Positions 12,146 through 21,385 of a stretch of 45,086 nt of DNA are shown piece after piece. The notes beneath the pieces were generated by a model that was not told the origin of the DNA, did not search any database, and saw only the letters and a program-made list of their open reading frames with translations. The translations under genes and the position numbers were made by a program. The DNA is from Octopus sinensis (Eukaryota). The DNA lies in assembly GCF_006345805.1 (NCBI RefSeq), contig NW_021834834.1, positions 1 through 45,086 on the forward strand, in the 5' to 3' direction. Within the stretch, counting starts at the first letter, position 1, and each line of letters opens with the position of its first letter.

Positions 12146-12700
12146 AATGCCCTGATGCAGTACCAGGCAGTGGCTCTCATGGCTTCTGATCTTACTGATT
12201 GGAAGTGTTATCATGTACATTGTTTTGTCTTGGTATAAAAGGATGGCTACAGCAAATATTCTGCTCAATACCACAGATTTGCTTGTCAGTTGTTTGACCA
12301 TAACCAGTTGAGCATGTCCCTTAGTGGCTGACGATATGTGCATCTCTGATCACGAGCAGAAGTAGTTGGGGAGCATCGTAGCCATGTGTTGAGAGGGATT
12401 CTTTGGGGTTTGAATAGTTCACCTCTGGAAACATGGGTGGTTCTTTCAACATCCTTAAACAACCCTTATTCAGGGACCGTTTGAGAGGGATGGGCTACTC
12501 AACCTGAAGAAAATTCTAACTGGGCCCCACCTGCAAGGTCATGTGCTGTTTATCTTGATATGAGATCACCATGTCGCGCACATATGGTTGTGATGCATGT
12601 GCCTGGTGTACCTTTATCAGACGGGTAGTCATGATGGGTATATTGGGCTTCGTATATTTTACCCCAGTGTCACTTTGATGGCATGAACTGCCATCTCACT
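12146..12700. mobile_element. Unclassified ~555-bp non-coding insert between (TAA)n tracts
   Basis: Complex sequence with sharp boundaries against TAA repeats on both sides; no protein motif and no tRNA head found. Confidence 0.45.
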
Positions 12701-12747
12701 CAATAATAATAATAATAATAATAATTAATAATAATAATAATAATGAC

Positions 12748-12790
<43 letters not shown>

Positions 12791-13007
12791 TAAACTGAAG
12801 ATCAAATATATATTGCGTGTGTTTCATTGGCAACAGACGACCATCTCCAAATAGAAGAATTTCTGTTTTAACAAAAATGCATGACCGTAATAATATTAAA
12901 TATTAAGTAGAAATATTCGGCCGAGGTTGTCTTTGACTTTTATCCTTTCGGGGTCGATAAAATCAATATCAGTTATGTACTGGGGTCGATGTAATCAACT
13001 TACTCCC

Positions 13008-13134
<127 letters not shown>

Positions 13135-13172
13135 ATATATTTATCAAAAGAAAAACAGGATGCAAGGATTTA

Positions 13173-13259
13173 GCGGTACATATGTTTCTGGATTTATTAC
13201 ACGGTATATATCAATGCATAATTGATGTAATATATATGTCAATAGCCTTCTTCAGCCGC
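13173..13259 (-). ncRNA. Minimal type I hammerhead ribozyme (sense to the RT, in the 3' terminal repeat)
   Basis: GCGG-CUGAAGA-[long stem II]-GAAA-C-auau-G-UA^CCGC; 4-bp stem I; palindromic ACAUAUGU stem/loop III. Confidence 0.75.
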
Positions 13260-13769
13260 GCACAATTACCACACCAAAGACATGCATTACATTATAAGTT
13301 TGGGGAAAAGGCCGTTCCGTTGGGGATGCAAATCCTCATAGTCGCATACAGCAGAGCGAGACACCAAAACACTTTCCCATATCACTTTTCCCATATCACT
13401 TTCCACTTCTAGCGTTGATGTTGAGCCTATACCCCTGAACTCTTCTTCCCCCTCTTTCGCTTATGACTACTCCGTAATTTCCCCTTCTTCCTGCCTATGT
13501 TTTTCCTACCTTTTCTGGGTCTCTACCTTTACACCCACCTTTTATTCTTACTTTTATCTTCATTTTATTTTAATCTTTATTCGCACTTTTATTTTTATTT
13601 TTATTTCTATTTTTTTATATACATATATTTTTTCCTGTTATACATATTTTTTTACTTTCATATTTTTCATGTTTTTCATTATAATTTCTTAATCTCCATT
13701 CATTCAAGCTAGTGTTCAATTTAATGTTCCCTATTTTTATTTCTATTTATATATATATATATATATGTT

Positions 13770-13960
13770 CGCTGAATTCTTCCTCTTAGCTATTAAAGTG
13801 GACATATTTGGGAGGGTTGAATAAGAAATCCTAACTGTTTTCCTAGAAATAATTCTATGATATCTATGAGAGATTGGGAAATTTTTTTCCAGAATTACTT
13901 TGAATTTGTTCTGTATATCCGATTGTATCGCACAGTTGAAAGGAATATTCAGCCATATTA
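13770..13960 (-). pseudogene. Post-RT linker of Naiad-type PLE, out of frame with the RT ORF
   Basis: KDIIWLNIPFNCAIQSDIQNKFKVILEKNFPISHRYHRIISRKTVRISYSTLPNMSTLIA fits the IIWFNPPF...F..LI...FP..H....I....TVKISYS..PN pattern I recall for this clade. Confidence 0.7.
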
Positions 13961-14001
13961 TATCTTTTTATTAAATTTAGGGTTCGTAGAATTATTACTA
14001 T

Positions 14002-15021
14002 TCATCTCACCGGAGCTATTGTATTTATTACCATTATTTTAATTTTTATTTGTGTGCATCTTGGTTTATCTACTTCGATATTATCCGAGTTACCTATGTT
14101 CTGGTCAATGCTTCTATTTGAATTGTTGGGCCTGTACGTTAGATTAGCGTTTACCGTGAATTTAATTCTACTTTTATTTCGGGCTTGGTCTGTATTGCTG
14201 CTTACGTGATTACTGATAACTTCCTTATTAGGAATACGTGAGTTCTCCTTATCAACGAATGTAATCTTTTGGTTGTATCCAGCCTTAGTGAAATCCTTAA
14301 AGAACTTATTAATTTTCTTTCTAATCCTTTCTATAACAGATTTATTATTACTAGGGATAACAAACAGAGCATCATCCCTATATAGATCCCCCTGTATTTC
14401 TGGGATATCCTTGCTTATGCATTTTAATAGATATGCGCCTACTAGGTTGGTTACCTCAGCCGAATCACTGGAACCCATTGGTATATCAAAATAATTAGGT
14501 GTATCTGCTCTAGTCCATAATTTATCTTCAAATTCTATAAATGTCTTCCTAGCTAGTAGCACAATATTGATTTCTTCTCTAGATATGAGGGAGCGATTCA
14601 TGGCAAATATTAGTGATTTGTTGAGTAAGATAGGGGAAATACTAGAGTAATAACTATTAATATCGAACTGAATAAAGGACAGACTACTAGTATTAGTTAG
14701 AGAGTTAAACCATTTTAGAACTTCGTCCGTACTTAGCCATAGGTTTAAGGGGAGAAGAGGGGTTATTTGGGGTAGAACAGTATCCAGGATAGATTTACTA
14801 AGTCGGCCAATGTCCGACTTAGTTGGACAGATCAGCCTTACCGAAGGGTTTTCCAAGAAATTCTTTTTGTGGTCTTTAAGGTTTATCCTGGGCTCACACG
14901 GTTTAAGCGGCTCTGTTCTATCCGTTAAATTTAGTTTCTCCATGATCTCTTTCATTTCCAGGTTTACTTTTTTCAAATTGTTCTTAGTCGTAATTTTATA
15001 TTTGGAATTTAGTTCCTTCAT
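14002..15021 (-). CDS. Penelope-like (Naiad-type) reverse transcriptase, internally deleted, no endonuclease
   Basis: KDHKKNFLENPSVRLICPTKSDIGRLSK.IL, WLST.EVLKWF, FIQFDINSYY, ARKT, FDIPMGS.D.AE, LYRDD, then an abrupt jump to KAGY. Confidence 0.8.
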   Translation of the reverse strand: MKELNSKYKITTKNNLKKVNLEMKEIMEKLNLTDRTEPLKPCEPRINLKDHKKNFLENPSVRLICPTKSDIGRLSKSILDTVLPQITPLLPLNLWLSTDEVLKWFNSLTNTSSLSFIQFDINSYYSSISPILLNKSLIFAMNRSLISREEINIVLLARKTFIEFEDKLWTRADTPNYFDIPMGSSDSAEVTNLVGAYLLKCISKDIPEIQGDLYRDDALFVIPSNNKSVIERIRKKINKFFKDFTKAGYNQKITFVDKENSRIPNKEVISNHVSSNTDQARNKSRIKFTVNANLTYRPNNSNRSIDQNIGNSDNIEVDKPRCTQIKIKIMVINTIAPVR

Positions 15022-15597
15022 TTTCTCTCTTTCCTTCTCTTTCCTTCCCTTTTCTGTTCTTTGCCTCTCTAGAAAGCCCTTCAGCCTTTAAAAGTTAAAT
15101 AGCTACAGTCTCTTGAAAATAGCAGTAATGTGATTAATGTGGCAAATACCTAATCATATAGCAAGAATTGATACCCACCTCATTGTGTTCAACCATTGAT
15201 AAATTTATCGCCTGTGAATATGAAATTCCTCTTCATTTCTCTGGAAATTTACATCTACACCATTGGAAATTGTGCACCTATACAAAGGATTAATTCACCC
15301 TCTCTGTAATGCTAATAAGCAGGAATTGAAACCCACCTCGTTGTGATTAGCAATGGATAAATTGTCGTCTGTGAGTATGTATTCCCTCCTCATATCTCTG
15401 GAAATTCATATGTACACTACGGATTAAGTCATCTTCTCTGTGATGCTATTAAAACTTTTTTAAAATTCTGTGATAAGACTGTACATCATCTTTAAAGAAC
15501 TTTAATGAACTTTGAAATCTGTTTATGTTACTTAATTATCTACATTACTTCATGAGTATAGCCTCAACCACTAGGATGTCTAGAGAACTCACATGTA

Positions 15598-15687
15598 TTT
15601 TAGCTGATGAGTACGGGACACGTTTATATGCTGCAATTTTTGCACTTTTAATAAAGCCTGTCCTTGTATGAAACGATTGTACTAAAA
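15598..15687 (+). ncRNA. Minimal type I hammerhead ribozyme (antisense to the RT, distinct sequence)
   Basis: UUUUAG-CUGAUGA-GUACGGGACA...UGUCCUUGUAU-GAAA-C-gauu-G-UA^CUAAAA; perfect 6-bp stem I. Confidence 0.8.
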
Positions 15688-16696
15688 ACCTATCCATTCT
15701 TGTTGCTTCTTTCTCGCGTATATATATATATATATATACATATGTATATGTGTATATGTATGTGTGTGTATGTATTATATATATGTATATGTGGGTCTAG
15801 GGATGTGTACGCGTATGTATATATTCATTGTCTGTGGGTGCTTCTACGGGTGCACGTGTATATGTATTTTCTTAGTTTCTTTGGGGATGTATGTGTGAGT
15901 GTACATGTATATATGCATATGTGAGTATGCACGTGTGTGTGTATATGTACGTATGTGCGTAGGTTCTTGTACCCAGCTGCATACGCCTGCTACCCAGATA
16001 ATTTAAGTTGTAATTTATGACACCCACCAACACATACTAAAGCTTCACTAACCGACATATATTCTTTTCTGTACCTTACTTTATCTTTATATCCACCTTT
16101 TTATTTCTTTACCTTTTTATATCTCTTTATCCCTTTATATTTTATTTTTACTTTTCCTCTTTATTTTTTCACTTCCTTATCTTTATTTATTTATTTATAT
16201 TTACATGTCTTTTCTCGTCTACGCTGTCACAGAGTAGCTCTAGAAATTTAGACCAAACATACGATATCCTTTGTATATTTATATACTTATATACTTATTT
16301 TTACTCTTACCTTTTTCTTATATTTTTTATATTTTTTATATTTTTATATTTTTATATTTTTTGCATTTTTTATATTTTAAAAAAATATTTTTTTAATATT
16401 TTTTATATATTTTTAATATTTTTTTTACATTTTTACTCTTTTATTACATCTGCACTTATTTTTTCCCTCTTTGTGATCCCAAACTCATTAAGGATTCACC
16501 CCCCTCCAATCCTTCCCTCTTTATCTCAGCATCCAACCTCCTCATTCTATATCGAGTGAAAACCGGTATGGACGCTTAGTTTTTGTTTTGGTGTCTCGCT
16601 CTGCTGTATGCGACAATGAGGATTTGCATCCCCAACGAATCTCGCCTTTTTCCCAAACTTATAATGTAATACATGTCTTTGGTGTGGTAATTGTGC

Positions 16697-16782
16697 GCGG
16701 CTGACGAAGGCTATTGACATAATATTACATCAACTATGCGTTGATATATAACGTCTAATAAATCCAGAAACATGTGTACCGC
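16697..16782 (+). ncRNA. Minimal type I hammerhead ribozyme in the inverted terminal repeat
   Basis: GCGG-CUGACGA-[stem II ending in an AUCAAC/GUUGAU hairpin]-GAAA-C-augu-G-UA^CCGC. Confidence 0.75.
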
Positions 16783-17764
16783 TAAATCCTTTGCATCCTT
16801 TTTTTCTTTTGATAAATATATCCTATCACCTACATCACTAACTGGCATATACAGGTGCTTACAGTTACCAAGTATTCACCCTGAACTTTTAATAATATAT
16901 ATGGATATATATATATATATGTATAGGTGTGTGTGTGTATGTTGAACCCTGCACACATGTGCGTGTACTCACACACACACACACACACACACACATACAT
17001 ATATATATATATGTATATATATTTATATATATATATATATACACACAAACGTACTCACACAATGTAAACTTATGTTTGTATATGGAATAATAATAAATTG
17101 GTATACGGATTCTCACGTGAACAACTTAGGGAATTAGTACCCTCTTTACCCTCTAGTACCTGCATCTGCTGTGTGAGTCCTGCGACAAGTTACGCAGGGG
17201 AACTGGACGCCCCTAAACCATACAGAGAATGCTGCACTTGAGATAACCCATGTACATGAAAGTTACAATATGCTAAACACACATGGAGAGTAAACCACGT
17301 AGAATATCACTTTCATTCTTCTGCAAGTAGCAGAATAATTCAGTCCTAGATGTCATTTAGTAAATTGATGGTTTATCTTGATAGTAAGGTCAGACTTATA
17401 TTTCGGAGAGATCTATGAAAATTAACATCCACATCATGTGATGTATTACAATAATGATTGTAGATGTAGGTTTTAGGACTAATGAATGTCCATTACTTGT
17501 ATATTTGTGCTATCAGACCTATCGTAAGCATTTGAGACAATGATATTCCATTGTCTCACAGCCTACCGTCTTAACAAAGGAAAGAACACAACAATATAAG
17601 AAAATTGACATATGTGTGTGTATGTTTATTCTCCATTCACAGCTTGGCAGCATGGTTGTTTTACGACCCCCTTAACATAGCGGATCGGCAAAAGTGACCG
17701 ATAAAATAAGACATACAAACATATAGACACACACAAACACACACACATATATATATACATATAT

Positions 17765-17930
17765 ACGACGGGCTTCTTTCAGTTTCTGTCTACCAAATCC
17801 ACTCACAGGGCTTTGGTCTACCCGTGGCTACAGTAGAAGACACTTGCCTAAAATGCCACGCTGTGTGACTGAACCCGGAACCATGTGATTGGTAAACAAG
17901 CTACTTCCCACACAGACACTCCTAAGCCTA
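17765..17930 (-). mobile_element. tRNA-derived SINE (paralogs, partly deleted, near 32425 and 43350)
   Basis: acgggcttctttcagtttctgtctaccaaatccactcacaggg...gaacccggaaccatgtg. Confidence 0.75.
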
Positions 17931-18007
17931 TGTATATATATATATATATATATATACACACCAAACGTACATAATTGCACACATTCACATACACAAGCAC
18001 ACACAGG

Positions 18008-18045
<38 letters not shown>

Positions 18046-20007
18046 CACATATATTTGTGCGTGTTTGTGTATGTATATATATCTTGATGCATCTTTATAT
18101 AACCATACATGATTACATATGACACCGCGTAGCAATTCTTTGTCCTGAAATCCTAGATTGCCGCTCATATAATGCTGTGTCTGGCTCAGGTACAAGGCCA
18201 GTGTTGTGTTTTTGTGGGGGAGGTGGTCAGTCGACTAATTGGACTTCAGCACCTCTGAGAAATGAAATGCAAAGGGGACTTCGGCGGGAAAGGAACTCAG
18301 AACGCGAATAGTCGACGGAAACGATGCAAAGCAATTTGTAAATTTGTGTACAGACATTGTGTACAGGCATTGCCGACTATTTTGCTTGGAAATTCTTATG
18401 TAATATTATCTTTTTAATTTAAGCCCTATACTTTTTAAGTGTACAACTGCGGGGACGGGGATGTGTCGAAGCATTCATATCTGAGGATTTGTAAGCATGT
18501 ATGTAGTGGTATTACACAAGTGTCCTATAGGTTTTTGGTTGCATGTGTACTTAAGCAATTGAAATCAAGGAAGACCCTGCTCACCTAGAGACTGGAGACA
18601 ATGCTATATGACTAAATGGATGGGAAGATGACAACTGGATGTCCTCTGATCATAGCTTTACTCAATCAGGAAACATTGGCTTGTGACGCAGATATGTTTA
18701 TAATGTTTTCCATCAAACATCTGGAAATCGCTGCGAAATCTCTTTCCAATCACACACTCTTATTTTACACAATGGAGGACATGGTTGCTAATGTTGGAAT
18801 AAACAAAATTTAGTTGGTTATAGTTGGAATGCCTTTGTGCAAAATTACGATCAGTCAGGGCAAACAACAACGTCGACAACAACACCCAAAGTAAAACACA
18901 ACAAAAATACAAAGATATGTACCTAATGTTTGCCTCGTTCTCAGACTTTGTATCACCACATGAAACTCCGCAATTTTCTGCGTCAAACCTTCTATCATTA
19001 CATGATACAACGCCATATCGTTAGCTGACAAGAGACATCTCTTAGGGGTAACGCTCAGATCTTTTTGGGGTTCCATGAAAATTCAGTGGGTGTTGCTTCA
19101 GGAAAATGCCTAGTAGATGAGAAGGATTTCTGGGATGCTGTCACGCCTACAGATGTCATGTACCATGTTTAATAATATAATTGGTGTCCAAGGCGTATGA
19201 CCACGCTGTTAAAGGTGCTGCATTCGCGATAACGAGATCGCGGTTTCAATTCCCGGAGATGGAGTTGTATTGCGTTCTTAAGCAAAACACCTCATCTTAT
19301 ATCACTTTGCGTCGTGTAGGAATGGTGAATTGCTGGAAAATTGATTTATTTTCCGGATATTAAAATACATCGAATCGCATACATCGACAGAAACTACTGA
19401 CACCGCTGTTAAAAAATAAAACACACACATAACGGGTAATAACAAATGTGTACTTCGGTCAGTACTCTTATCCGATACAAGCCGCAAATTGAGACAATAA
19501 ACTTTGATGAGGTAATAGAATATTCAGATAAGTGGAGAAACCTTTTCTAATTTCTGTAAAAAATTAATACTGAAGTCATATTTGAAACCGGCATTGTAAA
19601 TGTAAATCAATTTTTGCTACTTTCCTGTTAAGATTTAAAATTAATATTTATACACACACATATCTACACTGGCGAAATTCAATTTAAGACCGATGATAAT
19701 AGTCCTATTTCTAGCAAAATATTTTGTTTCTAACACCATACAAATTATTTCTATGTTTTACACTTCATGGAGACTTTATTTCTCTTTCGAATGATGCAGA
19801 CAATAACTACTTTTATACAACTTGAAGAATGCATGAAAGTACTCGTTCAATCACAGTGGATATTTGATATTCTATCACTTCATTATGTTATCTTATCTTA
19901 TCATATATTATTATAAGATTGTAAATAAATCATGAAAATCAAAGTTGGAATATCTTTCAGTAATATATTCTTCAATACACAATCATACACACCTGTGTAT
20001 CAGTGCG

Positions 20008-20081
<74 letters not shown>

Positions 20082-20220
20082 TGGATATTATTGCTTACAA
20101 CAATATCAAGTGGCAAGCATGCGTAAAAAAATCCCATAAGGTAAAGCATCATTAATTAATAATTAAAGGTCCTACAAGCAGCACCAGCACACTAAAAATA
20201 GCAGCACGAAGAGAGAGAGA

Positions 20221-20252
<32 letters not shown>

Positions 20253-20658
20253 CAGAAAGACAGAAGGAGAGAAAAAGAGAGAGAAAAAGAAAGTGTGGAG
20301 CAGGGAGAGAGGGAAAGAAAAAAGAAAGAAAAAGCGAAAGAGAGAGAGATAATTCGAAAAATAATTAGACATATAAACAAACAGAAACTTCTATAAATAG
20401 ATTGACACACACATACACACACACATATATAAATGTTAATAAAAATAACGCTTTCTTTCCTCAGTCAAGTCCCACTATTCACGACCATCTCGGGCAGCTA
20501 CACTTGGGAAGGTTCGATCTGGTTGCCCCCAACTAAAAGTCTCTCTCTCCTTATATATATATATATCATATTTTATCCTTACATTTCCACGTGCATTTTA
20601 TATTTTGTTTCTTTAACATATTTCTACTATGCTTATATATATATACATACATACATAC

Positions 20659-20714
<56 letters not shown>

Positions 20715-21024
20715 ACACACACACACACAAACACATATATATATATACACACACAAACATATATGTGTGTTGTGTATGTGCGTGTATTCATTCAAACAAT
20801 TACTAAAATATATAGCTGCACCAAGTGGGAAATTCCGTTTGTACAATTGTTCCGAGTATAAATTATTTGATAAACAAACCACTTGACAAACAGTAGAAAA
20901 GTAGACATTTAATATAAATTTTAATACAGAATAAGCGGGATAAGAAGAAATAGGCGTCGCTGAGGAGGTCATAGTATGTGAGACGGAAGAATTTAAACTA
21001 ATAGTGATAATAATAATAATAATG

Positions 21025-21065
<41 letters not shown>

Positions 21066-21066
<1 letters not shown>

Positions 21067-21310
21067 GTCGTTCCTACTATAGGCACAGAACCTGAAATAT
21101 TTTTGGGGGTGAGTTAGTCGATCATATAGCCCCCAGTATCTAAGATCATATAGCCCCAAGATCATATAGCCTGGTATTTAATTTATAGACCTCGAAATAA
21201 TGAAATGTGAAGTTGACCTCGGGGGAATTTGAACTCAGAAACTAAAGATGGATGAAATACTTCTAAGCATTTTGCCCGGCGTGCTAACGGTTCTGCCAGC
21301 TCTCCGCCTT
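21066..21310 (-). mobile_element. tRNA-like SINE upstream of the (TAA)n hotspot (paralog 35635-35845)
   Basis: gttgacctcgggggaatttgaactcagaa...ttttgcccggcgtgctaacg.ttctgccagc. Confidence 0.75.
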
Positions 21311-21335
21311 AACAATGATAATAATAATAATAATA

Positions 21336-21382
<47 letters not shown>

Positions 21383-21385
<3 letters not shown>

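Larger units (their letters stand above)
13135..16821 (-). mobile_element. Penelope-like element, Naiad-type RT, bounded by inverted ~235-bp terminal repeats (pLTR-like)
   Basis: RT ORF at 14002-15021; 13135-13371 is the reverse complement of 16584-16821; both repeats carry hammerhead cores. Confidence 0.8.

Noticed and set aside
12590-12700. Possible ribozyme (minus strand GAA...CTGATAA) in the TAA-embedded insert
   Set aside because: The core deviates from CUGANGA and I could not build consistent hammerhead or HDV stems.
13900-14004. Selenocysteine read-through of the RT's TGA, as described for some Naiads
   Set aside because: Reading through in frame does not recover the conserved IIWLNIPF linker, which lies in another frame; I identified no SECIS.
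21120-21172. Triplicated GATCATATAGCC(CC) inside a SINE, and 13-bp TGTGTACAG(A/G)CAT duplications near 18345, 32910 and 43808
   Set aside because: These are ordinary local slippage with no evidence of function.
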